DNA of 64,000 bases, taken from the NCBI GenBank assembly GCA_964187785.1, contig OZ076409.1, positions 10,356,001 to 10,420,000 on the forward strand, given 5' to 3'. The position numbers were made by a program, and so were the translations under genes. The DNA is from Amphiscolops sp. MND2022. Taxonomy: Eukaryota. Shown here in pieces: positions 51,061 to 64,000 of this stretch (positions are counted from its first letter, which is position 1; every line of letters starts with the position of its first letter). The notes under the pieces were generated by a model. The model saw only the letters and a program-made list of their open reading frames with translations. It did not search any database and was not told the DNA's origin.

Positions 51061-52886
51061 CCTTGCAACATTTTAAAAATAACTTCACCTTGAGCCTCAA
51101 ACGGGGCGTCGGCTTCAGGCGTTTTTCGAATAGTTCAGGTCGAAAACAGAATGATTATTCGATCAAAATTTGTTTGTACAGTGATGTCCCATTTTGAGCC
51201 ATGTATAAATATCTTGAGCTAAGGAATCCTGTTTATAAGGATCTATAGTTTTTTAAAAGGTAAATTGTTCGAAAAAAACTACGGTATAATGAATGAAATT
51301 GACGAACTTTGCAATGATGTGGCTGCCTTGCATATTGCAATTGGATACATGTTGGCTGCCATTTGAACTTATAGACTAGCTAGCTAGCATGAGTGTCTTG
51401 TGAATCAGGCGAACGTGATTCAAACAAACGTGAAGTGCAAAGGAACTTACTATGCAAATACTCCAAAGAGTATAGCTGAGGTGACTAGAAAGTTCAACAC
51501 GAGGTTCCCAAGTTTTCAAGGTCAAAGGGTTCAAAGTAAATCTAACTTCTATATTCGGTACTTCAAGCGAAAATGAGCTTTAATTTTGCAAGAATTCAAT
51601 ACAAGGGTAAATATCCATTCCAAAAACAAGATATTTTATCCGAAAATGTTGCTCAGAACTTCCAAGTTTGAGCTCTTGCAAATAGTAGTACTTCTGGAAC
51701 AAAAACTTTCGCCTATGTCGCATATGCTCATGGTAAAGCTTTCAGGAAACACCCAATAATTAAAAAGCAAAACAAGGACGTCTCAAACGCATTCCCCTGG
51801 CTCAAAGCATGAGAACCAAAAGGGGGCTTTTCCGTGAAATGTTAAATTTCAAAAAAAGTCACAGCGCCGAAGAAAAAACATGGGGAACTCTTCGGTCCCT
51901 TATAGTTCCGAAGATAGTTCGGTAAAACTATCAAAAACTAATGGACAGTACCTTTTCGCCTCATTGTGTGGACCATTCACTGTGAAGTCAGTCAAAAAAT
52001 TTGCAACTGTAAGAGTCAAGAACTTTTGTTTCGCTAATTTTGAAAAAAAGCAGCGCTAATTCATTTTGTGGCGCAATGCAGCTAAGCATATTCTCTCGCT
52101 TTAGCCTTCTATATACGATATCGACATCCACGCTTTTCCGCGAACTCACAAAATCATGGAGAAATAGAGAAAGCGACGAGTATTAAAAATCAATTCATCT
52201 GAGACTATGAACTAACAAATTGAAATAGTTATCAATAATTAACATTGACAAGCGTATGAAAATTATTATTCATTAAGTGACGATTGTGTCCATTGTTCGC
52301 CTCTCAATCGGCGACGGAATATTACTTATTTTCATAGAACGGGGGACGGGAGACTAAATGGTTGCTTTTAGAGAAATACATAGCGTACTTCATGACTTCA
52401 CCAGGGACTACACAAAGTGACCGATTCTTCCTCATAACAAAAGTTTCAAAATCGGCCATTTTGTGGAGTATTCGATTTAACTCTTCAAATGTTGATAAGC
52501 ACAGCACCCAAATACTCGTTCACTAACTAAGAAAATAGAAGAATCTACTTGTATGAAGGTAATGATTAAAATACAGACAAACTGTCCGAAACACTGTCCC
52601 AAAAAGAGCACTAAAAACATACTTGAAGTCAAACGTTCGTTTGAAGAAAGAATTTCAGCGAGTTAGCTGAAATTAGCGGTTTATCGAAAAAAGCGATGTC
52701 AAAACCCTGACCAATAACTATCAGCTTCAAAATATTTTGACAGGTTTATCATGTTGAAGTATGGCCTATTGTAATTTCATGTTCTGAAGTTCACTTTTCA
52801 AATGCACTTTGGGGTAAATTCCGAAGGAACAGTATATAAGCACGACGCAAGTGTTTCGTCCAGTAAGCGAGTATGTTTTACTATTT

Positions 52887-53128
52887 TTAAGAAAAGGGTT
52901 CGGATTGGTGTGGGGAGAACTCGTTGAAACTAGACGAGTTGCGGCCGCCGGAACAACTTCTGCTTTTTCCCGTTCCTGGGTGGCGGTTGGGGGGAGGGGG
53001 AGACACGGGGTAGAAGTTATCACAGCCAGGGGCCATGTCTTTCTGCGATGTCCATTTCCCAGGAGAGTCGCCCAAGCTGCTGCTGTCGTCTGAGCTGATT
53101 GGCCGCACGTCCACTATCGACTGAGGGC
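52887..53128 (-). CDS. probable terminal coding exon of an unknown host gene
   Basis: GC-rich Ser/Pro-rich ORF with acceptor TTTTCATTCAG|GC and a TAA stop. Phase 1 matches the exon at 59264-58833. Confidence 0.55.
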
Positions 53129-53733
53129 CTGAATGAAAAACTTCCATTTATGGAAAGCGAAACTTGAATTGCAATACATGCCAGGAAGGAGTCAGAAACG
53201 GATTAAAATACTGAAAAACAAATTACGAACTCAATTTTTGCAGGATTCTCTGCAGTACTTAAGGTGAGCGCTTTGGAAATGTTTTTGTGTTATTCGAGAT
53301 GAAAGACTACAATTTCAAGTTGAAAAAGACTATAATGACTTTTTCCCTTTGGCTCCCTCGAATGCCCCCCCTTTGACAAAATTGCACAAATGAAGCTCTT
53401 GTATGGTGGAGATTGATTGTAAAAAATTTCGTTCAAATCGTCAAGACAGTTTTTGAGAAAACCGAAAAAAGTCCGAAATTGGCAGGTTTCTGCGCATTTT
53501 CGGACTAATTTTGGCTATGTTTCTCAGATTCCAGTCACACGATTTTGATGTCATTGCACGCATAGGATCCTAATATGGTGTAGAATGACTAGAAAATTTC
53601 GTTCGAATCGTATGGACGGTTTTTTTTGAGAAATTTTCACTGAATGGTCAAGAGAAAAAAAGGTACGAGTGCATATTTTTTTCCGACTCCTGAAAAGAAA
53701 GCATGTCAATTCATATTCTTATGCTATTAGCAT

Positions 53734-54228
53734 AACAAGACGGGAACGTCTCAAGTCGGCGCTATATCTAAGGCTCAAAAAGCGCAAAACATTTTTTTTG
53801 GAAAAAAAAACTTGAAATTTTCGAAAAAAAATTCTTTCGGAAAATGTCGCACAGTGCCGAAAAATGTGAAAGGGGGACCCTTTTTGATTTATAAACACGC
53901 ATTCTGTAGCAAAATAACAAAAAACTCAAAGGGGGGACCCTTTGGGGACATTAAAAAAATTTCGAAAAAAAGTCTCACAGCGCCGAAAAAAAATCGAAGG
54001 GGGGGGGGTTAAAACTTTAGTCCCGTCCGGGCTTGTATGTAACGTTTAAAAAGTAAATGAATGCGCTCCCCGTTTGCCTTTAGCGGTCCAGTAGTTTAGT
54101 ACTTATTTAGTAGTTGAACGTTAATTTTAACGTTCGTCGCTTCGAGTCTGTCTTAAATAAAAAAAAAGAAAAAAAACGAGTGACTGTAATAGTCGGGCTC
54201 TTTTCTTAAGAAAAGCGCCGACTAAAAA
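53734..54228 (-). mobile_element. DINE-1/HINE-like element (left arm of a large inverted repeat)
   Basis: subTIRs, hairpin AGACG-TTCC-CGTCT, and internal AAAGGGGGACCC tandem units. Confidence 0.75.
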
Positions 54229-54411
54229 CAACAGGGCATGTGAGATAAGAAAATGTAACATCATTCCAGAAAAAAAACCTGGACCATTGCAGTCTGGACC
54301 AGTTAATCGATTAAGCCAATTACTCCAATGTTGCGTTAACTCATCGTCAGCGCCAACGAAAATTCGTAGAGTTAGTGACTCAACCAAAACTAAAACTACG
54401 CGATTCAACCA

Positions 54412-54923
54412 TTTTTAGTCGGCGCTTTTCTTAAGAAAAGAACCCGACTATTACAGTCACTCGTTTTTTTTCTTTTTTTTTATTTAAGACAGACTCGAAG
54501 CGACGAACGTTAAAAGTTAAAATTAACGTTCAACTACTAAAAGTACTAAACTACTGGACCGCTAAAGGCAAACACGGGGAGCGCATTCATTCACTTTTTC
54601 AACGTTACATACAAGCCCGGACGGGACTAAAGTTTCGTACACCCCCCCCCCCCCCTTCGATTTTTTTTCGGCGCTGTGAGATTTTTTTTCGAATTTTTTT
54701 TTAATGTCCCCAAAGGGTCCCCCCTTTGAGTTTTTTGTTATTTTGCTACAGAATGCGTGTTTATAAATCAAAAAGGGTCCCCCCTTTTACATTTTCCGGC
54801 ACTGTGCGACATTTTCCGAAAGAAATTTTTTTTCCGAAAATTTCAAGTTTTTTTCCAAAAAAAAATGTTTTGCGCTTTTTGAGCCTTAGATATAGCGCCG
54901 ACTTGAGGCGTTCTCGTCTTGTT
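54412..54923 (+). mobile_element. DINE-1/HINE-like element (right arm of a large inverted repeat)
   Basis: Near-identical reverse complement of 53734-54228. Confidence 0.75.
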
Positions 54924-56886
54924 TATTGTTTTCAGGTTCAAGGAGGGGCATTCATTGTCCTGAAAGAATCAAGCTTAAAAGCGGACACATCTTAAATAAA
55001 TCCGAAAAAGTTGCAACATAACTAACACCCAATCGCAATTAAAAACAGTAAAGAAATGCAAAATGCAGCTGAAACAATTTCAAGAAGACAACATTCGCTA
55101 AAAACACTTCAACCCCAGCAAGGGCGGGCTGATTATAATCAACTTGATTAAAACTATTTTAATCATGATTGTTTTTGTACGAATCAACAGTTTCTGTTTC
55201 ATCGTTCCGAGCACTGGACAACCGGAATGTGTTCCCCTCACTTTAGGCTTGTTTCATTTGAAGGCTAACCCCTAATTCAGGGTTGAAAAACCCCAAAGCT
55301 TGTTTTCTGGTCCAACTTTAAAATTTATTTTTGAAAAATATTCAGTTTTGCATTCTGATTTAGAATGAAAATATTTTATTCCGATTAAAAACCAACCCTA
55401 ACCCCAAATTACCTAACAATGCTTCAAGAACAGTCTACCAAATCTCAAGTAGAACAGCTCATGTCATTATTTTGGTACCTTGTTTGGTCCGTACGAAGTT
55501 TCAAAAAGTAGATTTTTCTCCAGCGTTGAGAAAATTTTCGAAAAAATGCCCCTAAAGTATCACAAAAGTTGATTATTTCAAAACTTTCAACCATTTTAGG
55601 CAGTTTTGTCGCCGTTTTTTGAGTTGCTTGAAAGAAAATGAATCCCCTCAGTTCAACGACAAAAGATTTGGCAGTTCTGAAATGCTCAAATATTCAACCG
55701 TTTTAGGCAAATTAGGTAATGTTGTGGATATAAACTGCGTTAGAATGAGTCCCCAAAAAACAAAATGATAGTTCTTGTTCGATGACAAGCGAAAAGCGGA
55801 TGAATCGTCAAACTTTTTAGAGAGATCTCCCAACTACAAAAGTCCTTGAAAGCTCTAAAAACCAACAATTATTCGATTCTTGACATTGAATCCTCAAAGA
55901 CTCTTATCTGATCACCGCTTGTCAGTTAGCACGCTGAAAATGATGTTGGTTTGCAATTTATAATGTAAAATAGAGTCTGCATTAAAATGGTTGTAAACTT
56001 GATGAGATGTCAGCTGCATACAAAAATGTCTTGTCGCTAAAAAATTCAGGGCAGAAAACATCCCGTATCTCTAGGGGCGAATTGTTTTGGAAAGAAATAT
56101 TCCGAGCATTTCAAAAACACGTACCGCGTCATCAACGAAACATCAGACAGATTAGTGTCTGTATAATCTACATAGCAAAATAATAAGATAGCAAGGTTAA
56201 ATAGCATGGTAAGATAGCAAAATTCGACCATTTCGGAAAAATTACTGAAGTTCACTGAAAAATTGTCAAGTGGGGACCAAAAAATGTAGAGATTAGGGAA
56301 AAGTATGTTATCGTGATATGAAATTTACAAGAATGGTGTTTCAAAAATTGTTTGAAGTGCGGCAACAATCAATCGTCACATTGATGCAAATAGCGTCTCA
56401 GAAATACGGCCAGTAATACTTCTGAATTTTTAATGGCAGGGAATCAAAAATACAAGGTTATAGAAGCAGTGTAACAATTTGCCCAGTAATGACGCGGTTG
56501 TTCGTTTTGCTAGAACTTAAAAAAAAACTTTTCCAATAGAGAATCGATGACAAGTTGATGCAAAAAGGAAAACTTGGAAAAACAGATTCAAAACAAGAGT
56601 ATCGTAAAACTAGTACACTAGTCATTTTCTCTCGCAAAAGTGCCAAGACTAAAAAGACATTGAAAGCTGAATTATGACAGCCTGAAGGAGGGCTTTCAAC
56701 GCTGTGTATTACGCAGTAAGGAAGTCACGTGACACTACTTTACTACCAACAGTTGGGAATGGCGTGGATACAGTAATAGAGAAAGCCAAAATGCTGTGAC
56801 CTGAATCTAGCATTCACATTTGCCAGGCAATCTATCAGCCAGTGAATTAGGTTTTGCCAAAAAAGGCGCTGACTACCACTGGCCGC

Positions 56887-57078
56887 CTAACACTTAAGCG
56901 GCGCTTTTTGCAAGAAATATTCGGAAAATGCATTTTTACAACATTTCGAATTTGATCTGTTACTCCCTTTCATCAACAAAATACCAGCAGAAGAGACAAA
57001 TCTTTCAACTGTACTGGAGTCGAGTGAAACGCTCAGTACTTGACTACAAAGTTTTTCCAGAATTCTGTCACATTGCAT
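56887..57078 (-). pseudogene. hAT C-terminal dimerisation domain remnant
   Basis: LEKLCSQVLSVSLDSSTVERFVSSAGILLMKGSNR resembles the hATC consensus L..LA..VLS+P.SS..VER.FS.AG. Confidence 0.5.
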
Positions 57079-58832
57079 GCTAATGATTTAGATATATACA
57101 GTAGTGATTCTAGAAGCAACATAGCACGCGGAAAGAAAGCAAATAAACAAATATCATTGGCTGATCAAGGTCTCACGCGCTCATTTCATTGGTCGAGAGC
57201 GATTTCCAAAACATCATCATTTTTTAGTTTTTGGAATTTTTGACCCACCTAAAATTTTTTGACATTTCGAATCTGACAATATTATTTTTTCTCGAAAATA
57301 TTTTAAATTGTATTAGTATGAGCTTGTTTTAAGTTGATAAAGTTCAAAATCATATCTTAATACATGTATTTCTGAAAAAGTATAATTTTACAGCGTATTT
57401 TTTGTACCATTTTAGGATGATTCCTAAATCCAAAACATATCAAGGGCTTCAGCTAAATCAGGGGAGTCAATTGCACATAAAATTTCTCTAAACTTTCACG
57501 CAAAAATTGACTAAAACCTAAATTTGGTTAAAAATGGTCCATCCTAACTTCTTCAATTTTGATCGCATAACCTTCAAATGAACATATTTGTAAACTAGAT
57601 AAAAATCTAAGAAACTTTCACTTTTATCATTTTAAAAAAATTGCTGCTGTTTTAGAAATATTCGATTTTGAGATTTGCCTTTTGTTGCTTTTAGAAATAT
57701 CACTATTATAATAGGGTTGTCATTATTCGATAAAGCTTCAAAAATTTCCGACCAATCAGATTAGGGTATATTTTAGTGGTCGCTTTAGCTTCTTTTGCGC
57801 TTCCACTGACCTAATTCACTGCTATCAACTAGGGAAACTACTGGTTAGTAAGCAAGTTAGACTACGATCGGTGCGACCATCATGCTCAACGCAAGTCGGA
57901 GCCCGGAAGGGGGGGGGGGTCTGGAAAATATATGCTAACAAGACAGCCTATCTCTCTGAAACTATGGAGTCAAAAACTCATGCTCTTGGTGAGAAGTTGC
58001 AATATTGAAAGATTGTAATATCCAAAATTACATACCCTCAGTCTATAATGATATTTGATTTTGCTAGAACAAAGTATTCTTTTTGACATTCTTTCAACAC
58101 AATTGAAATTAGCAGTTGTCCCAGGTGATATAAAACCGGGCATCCGATACAAAAACTAGCATAATTGAGCTTAATTGGTCTAATACAAAAACCAGTTTAA
58201 GTGGTCAAAAGGGAAGTGATGCGTTACGCCGACAGGCAATTGAACCGACTAGCCATTAGGTCGACAAGAATGATTATTTTGAGACATTGTCGATCGGTAT
58301 TGAAACCGGTTGCTTTGAATGAACTTTTCAACCAATCGGATAATTAGGGTCGGCTTTTCGGCTCAATATTTGACTGTCGGTGTAATGGTTTTTGTCGACT
58401 TAATGCGCGCGTTCCGTCAAAAGTAGATACCAGTTGCCTCTCCAGAGTCGAATTATTTAGAATCGAAAATTACAACTGACAATTTCTGAGTCGAATTATT
58501 TAGGATCGAATTTTACAGAGCACCATAGCAATGGTATAATATGAATGAAATTTCCATTTCTTTCGATCCTAGATAAAATCGAGTCACAATTCGATCCCAG
58601 ATAACTTTGCACATTTTTCGATCCGACATAGTTCGACTCTGCACAGCAATCTGCCGTAGATACATCGAATGCTCCATAAATATAAAAAGTTGTCAATGTG
58701 AACTAAGTTCACATATTTACAGTGAACAAAAAGCTTACCTACTCATTTTGTTCACACATAATTTTCAAATCAACTCATGCACAGCGGTCTTATATCACCT
58801 GCTGGAACTCAAAGGACTCGGAATCAAATTAC

Positions 58833-59264
58833 CTTTGCCCAGGGGGTGACATCCGGCCGGACTACTACTGTTTTCCATCATGGCTTCGGCCAACAGATCC
58901 TCTAACCCGTCTTCCGCTTCCGCGTTCGTCCCATTGCCATCTTTGCATGCATGCTGAGAGGCTGCTTCCTTCTTGGCCTTGTTTTTGCTTCTGTTCTTAT
59001 TCTTCTTGCTTTTCGACGAACTCTTGGTTCCATTCACTGCGTTAGAAGCTGCTGCCGCCGCCGCGCCGTTCACCAAAGCTGTTGAATTCTTTTGATCGCT
59101 GCCGATTGCAATGAGGTCGACTGAATTGCCACTGGGCAAGGTTTTATCGCCTCTTTTCCGACCGTTTTCTAAGTTCATCTCGTCTAAGGCATCGTGGAAG
59201 TCCTCGGAAATCAAAGGTTCGTTATCGATCGAGTTTAAAGCATCGTCTAAGTTCGTATCTTCTC
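58833..59264 (-). CDS. probable internal coding exon of an unknown host gene (acidic, poly-Ala, Lys-rich)
   Basis: Open frame flanked by acceptor TGTTTTAG|GA and donor AAAG|GTAAT, both phase 1. Low-complexity, NLS-like SKSKKNKNRSKNKAKK. Confidence 0.6.
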
Positions 59265-60619
59265 CTAAAACAGCATAAAGATGTCAAATTTGAGAAGGAA
59301 ATCAAAATTCCAAAGGTCTCTGAGTCACAGCTTCAAGTCGACTATTGCTTGACCATTTGACTGCGGATATTGAACCATAGCTTGCTTTGATGAGATTGTA
59401 TTCGAAAAAGGGCGTTGACAGAGAAAACTCGACGTCCACCCCGTGGAATTGGGGAAAAAACTTTCTTCGTCAAAACATCTCGCGAAACAAATTTTGACAC
59501 AGAGGCGAAGCCGTGCTTCGCAAACACTTGCGAACTTTTAAAGAAAACTAAATAAGTAATATCTTACCAATAGGCCACGAACGCCCGAACTATGCGACTT
59601 GCGGGCTGAAACGAGAGAGTTGTCGCCCGAAAAAAAAGCACCCGAACTTTCCCATAACACTTGGTTATCGCAAGTGTAAAAACTACGAATCAAGTTGAGT
59701 CATATTTCGATAGTTGAACATGAAGCATTAACCATAGGCCGTATTTTAGATAAGCACTCAATGTGAGGCGCGGCAGTATAAGAAGCAAGCAAGTTCGGTT
59801 TCTATAGTTTAACAATTAGCTGCTATGTAAAATACTCAAGAAATGGATGAGTCCAAAGTACCCGGATGAGTCCAAAAGAAAAAAGTGCACCCGATCTGTA
59901 TCAATCGTATCCCAGCTAACGCAGGAAAATTAATTTCATTCCGAAAACACTGGGAATGAGATGAAGCAAGGTTCAAATCTGCCTGATTCTGAGAGGAACT
60001 GAACAAATTGGTAATGGAGCGAAAGTCACTGTACCAATTTATACCGCCTTTAAATATCGGACTAAAGCAAATATAACTACTAAGCGTAGACGAAGTTTCG
60101 CATTCGCACTTGAATGCAGGCGAAGCTCTCGGCGAACGAATAATTAACACTCGTTCGCTTCATCTCACTAACTCGGCGTACGAGGGCATAATTACGAACA
60201 TTTGCTCGCTTCATCTCAATGACGTCAGTGTACGAATGCACAATTACCTCTCGCTCGTTCCATCGCACGAGAAACAAATTATTGTCGGCAGCTTGAGAAA
60301 TTCAAATCCCACGCTTATACTCACTGCCGAACAAAATATCTGAATTTTTCAGTACTCGGAATTAGACGAAAATTGAACTGAAAAGTGGAATTTAGATTTC
60401 AATAATATTCCTGCTATCGCAAAAATAATAAAAATGAACTGAACGATTTGGAAAGGGAAAGTTACCGTCTTTCACTGCGTACTTCATTGCAGTCAATTGT
60501 GTTCCAAAACACAAAAATTTGCCAAAATTGCAGTTATTTTCGGAATGCCTATACGAAAACTTTTGAAATGGCCAATAATGAGTCTCAAGCAGATACTAAA
60601 AATTACTACCATTAACAAA

Positions 60620-61292
60620 AACAAGCCGGGACCGGCCCAAGTCGGCGCCATATCCAAGGCTCAAAAATAGCAAAAAGACTTCCAAGTGTCAAGTACTCTT
60701 TTACAGTACTCGAAAATCGAAATTTTTTGAAAAAAAATTTTTCGAAAAAATTACATACTCAAAAAACTGGACCGAGTGGCGCGCCGGGGCTCGCTAGTGC
60801 GAGCCCCTGGCGCGCTAAAGTCTCACAATGCCGAAAAACTGAAAGGGGGGACCCTTTGTGGTTTTTCAACATCCATTCTGTCGCAAAACATGAAAAAATT
60901 GAAGAAAACAAAAATTTTCATTTTCGGGAAAAAATCTCACAATGCCGAAAAAAACTGAAAGGGGGGACCCTTTGGGATTTTTCAACATCCATTCTGTCGC
61001 AAAACATCAAAAAAATGCAGGGGGGACCCTTTGGGGAAAAATTTTTTCGAAAAAAAGTCTCGCAGTGCCGAAAAAAATGAAAGGGGGAGTCTTTGGTCTC
61101 GCCCGGTATGGTATGTTACGCGGAAAAACAGGAAAAACCTTTTTGGTTCAGTTCGCTAGACCAAATAGTGCATTTTGATGCAATAATATTTTGTAGAACT
61201 TTTGTAGAACTATTTTGGTCAGTTCGTGTGGATAGAAAAAAAAGAGTCACTATAATAGTCGCGTTTCACTTCATGAAGCGCCGACTAAAAAA
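60620..61292 (-). mobile_element. DINE-1/HINE-like element
   Basis: ACAAGCCGGGACCGGCCCAAGTCGGCGCC...GAAGCGCCGACTAAAAA with internal tandem units. Confidence 0.75.
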
Positions 61293-61532
61293 CAACGACC
61301 TGCAATAACCTTTTGATAAGCATGAATTTTGAAAATTAGACAAACGACAAAATTAAGAGAAGCTCAATAAGACGAAAAACTTGAAACACTTTCTTGAATG
61401 TTTTAGTACTAGTCATTTCTTTTGAAATCATTTCTGCTTAGCAAAGTAAATGCTTGTCTCAACTCACATCGATTCGGATATGACGCGAATACTTTTACAT
61501 TTCAAAGCACCGCGACTTGTCAGTTTCAAACT

Positions 61533-61711
61533 GACTTGGGCTCTTCCCGGCTTGTTTATGGTTCACCTAGTAGAGTGTTGTTCCTCTGTCGGTCACCACC
61601 TGATTGATTTCTGGTTACCAAGTTGATAACCAGAAATCAATCAGGTGGTGACCGACAGAGGAACAACAGTCTACTAGGTGAGCCATAAACAAGCCGGGAA
61701 GTGCCCAAGTC
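61533..61711. repeat. 179-bp near-perfect palindrome
   Basis: 89-bp arms with 4 mismatches around a single central base (61622). Confidence 0.95.
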
Positions 61712-62964
61712 GGCGCCCGCACAAGGTTCAAAAAAGTTTTTCAAATATGCAAAAGAACATCAATGTTGAAATTTCATTAATTTTGCAGTGCCAAAAAAAC
61801 CCGAAGGGATATGCAAAGGCTGGAAAACTATTTTTCCCCAACTGGAAACAGAAAAAAACCCAACTTGTGCGACAGAAAACATCAAAAAACGAAAAATCTA
61901 GAAAAATTCGAAATTTTTCACAAATAATGTATCCGGTATGCCGCATAGTGCCGAAAACCCTAAGGAACCCTCTATGCTCGCAAAACTTCTGGTTTCTTGA
62001 AAAAATTGAAGGGGGGATCCGATAAAAACAAATTAGAAAAAAGTCGCATAGTTCCGAAAAACACGCCGGTCTCAAAAACAAGAAACGTCATATCCGATAT
62101 ACGTTATATCCGGAATTGTTATATCAGGTTTGCGTTAAGGAGACCCTTTTGCAACATTGGAAAATTATCCAAAAAACGTTATATCCGGTTTGCGCTAAAT
62201 CCGGTATGGGTTGTTATTGTCGAAGGGGACTAATTAGCACTTTTTACAGCTTTGAAAAATTCTCCAAGGACCGTTATATCCGGTTTGCGTTTAATCGGGT
62301 TTGTGCCAAAAAAATCCTAAGGGAGACCCTTTTGCAACATTGAACAATTATCCAAAAAACGTTATATCCGGTTTGCGCTAAATCCGGTATGAGTTGTTAT
62401 TGTCGAAGGGGACTAATTAGCACTTTTTACAGCTTTGAAAAATTCTCCAAGGACCGTTATATCCGGTTTGCGTTAAACCGGGTTTGTGCCAAAAAAATCC
62501 AAAGGGAGACCCTTTTGCAACATTGAACAATTATCCAAAAAACGTTATATCCGGTTTGCGCTAAATCCGGTATGGGTTGTTATTGTCGAAGGGGACTAAC
62601 TAGCACTTTTTACAGCTTTGAAAAATTCTCCAAGGACCGTTATATCCGGTTTGCGTTAAATCGGGTTTGTGCCAAAAAAAATCCAAAGGGAGACCCTTTT
62701 ACAACATTGAACAATTATCCAAAAAACGTTATATCCGGAATTCGTTATATCCGGTTTGCGCTAAATCCGGTATGGGTTATTGTCGAAGGGGACTAATTAG
62801 CAATTTCTACAGCTTTGAAAAATTCTTCAAGGACGGTTATATCCGGTAACCCTTATTATCCTATTTATCCGGTATAAAGCTTATAAAATCTGTCACTTGG
62901 TTGGTCTTGGAAAAGCCAGTGATATAGTCTGCGTTTTCTACGAAAAGAAAGCGCCAACTAAAAA
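61687..62964 (-). mobile_element. DINE-1/HINE-like element carrying a nested tandem array
   Basis: Both termini resemble the 6668-7044 family; interrupted at about 62077-62878. Confidence 0.65.
62090..62850. repeat. 183-bp tandem repeat (about 4 units), each of two related ~91-bp halves
   Basis: GTTATATCCGGTTTGCGCTA recurs at 62178, 62361 and 62544, and again at about 62745. Confidence 0.92.
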
Positions 62965-64000
62965 CGGAACGCACTAAAATGTTTGAGCTCCCAATGTTTC
63001 AAATAGTTGTCAACATATAATTCTGACCTCTGAACATTACAATTCAGCTTGTCAGTCATTCACTTTTACAACTTTTCTTCGAAGCAAAAGAAGTTTCACA
63101 CATTAAAAATGATCGAAATGGCTGGTAAAGACGTCTAGACATTTTCTGAAAGTTCGGAGCATTATTTGAAGATTTGATTACGTAACCAGAGAATGATTGA
63201 CAGAGAAAGTGGAAGATAATCAGTTACTTGTCTACAAACATTACGATTTAAGAGAGTGATTTTGTGCGTTCCGTTTTTTGGTTACCCTAGTAATAAGTTC
63301 AGCTGACAAGGTTTCGTCTGAGTAGAGGGAGGGTTCCCAATCACAGTGTTGACGGCCGTGATGTAACTACCGGGAAGCGACAACACTGCTATTAGTGGTA
63401 TGGCCCTCATTTAGCGATACTGGCAAGTTTACTCTTCCGATTCTGTTACCAGGGGAACCTTTAGAATGCAGGCGATCGATGTGATTTGAAATTATCGACT
63501 GTCGATTTTTTAAAAAAATATCATATGTGGGTCTTGTAATACTTGTAATAAGTGGAAGTTAATCACAGTTTGACTGAATTACGAAGTGCATTTTTGGACC
63601 AACCTCCACTTATCACTAACTACGCGCCTTGACTAGTTTGCACCATTCTCCATTATGCTCGTTGACACAGCTACACCTTCCAGGAGTAGACTGCCTTGAC
63701 TGACTTCCGATGGATGACCATTTTCCGGATTAAACAGATTACGTTGCGTGACTGAAATCCATTTTACCGAGATGTGTATCGTAATGATTATTGGCCAAAT
63801 TATAATAAAAACCAAAAATCGAGGGAAATAATTGCAAACCAATTGGTTCAATCAAAGAGTTGGGAAAGCGATTATAGTATTTGGGGAGATGCTCTCAAAT
63901 TCATTGGATTGATGAAGGGTTTTGACAACCCTAATTTTTTCACTACTCGCTAAACAGTTAACTTCAAAATCGCTTTTCGCTGAAAAGCTTTTTCTGCAAA

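Noticed and set aside
60727..61308. Lys/Phe-rich ORFs in HINE copies
   Set aside because: Translations of A/T-run-rich internal tandem units, not genes.
62090..62850. CRISPR-like recurrence of GTTATATCCGGTTTGCG
   Set aside because: The intervening sequences are themselves repeated (183-bp satellite), there are no cas genes, and the context is eukaryotic.
63300..63851. Upstream exons of the minus-strand host gene
   Set aside because: GC-richer and plausible, but I could not define consistent splice sites or frames.

Overview
Eukaryotic (animal-like, AT-rich) genomic DNA dominated by transposable elements. There are no prokaryotic operons, rRNA or CRISPR arrays. Retroelements: the 5' half of a decayed Ty3/Gypsy element (1-5866, minus), a full-length decayed BEL/Pao element (13326-21636), and a near-intact CR1/L2-group LINE (about 30302-34330). 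In the LINE, ORF2 is in frame with ORF1, has no upstream ATG and starts with a 2A-like 'DIEQNPGP' peptide. DNA elements: a complete 1.9-kb hAT with an 8-bp TSD, several MITEs, and at least eight DINE-1/HINE-like (non-autonomous Helentron-like) copies, some in palindromic or tandem arrangements. Five solo-LTR-like repeats each carry a TATA-like box and a degenerate ORF; in four of them the ORF runs to the element end. Host genes: a same-strand cluster of three intronless secreted PAN/Apple + C-type lectin genes (two intact, one pseudogene), and the probable last two exons of a minus-strand gene of unknown function. All calls come from reading the sequence by eye; no database searches were run.
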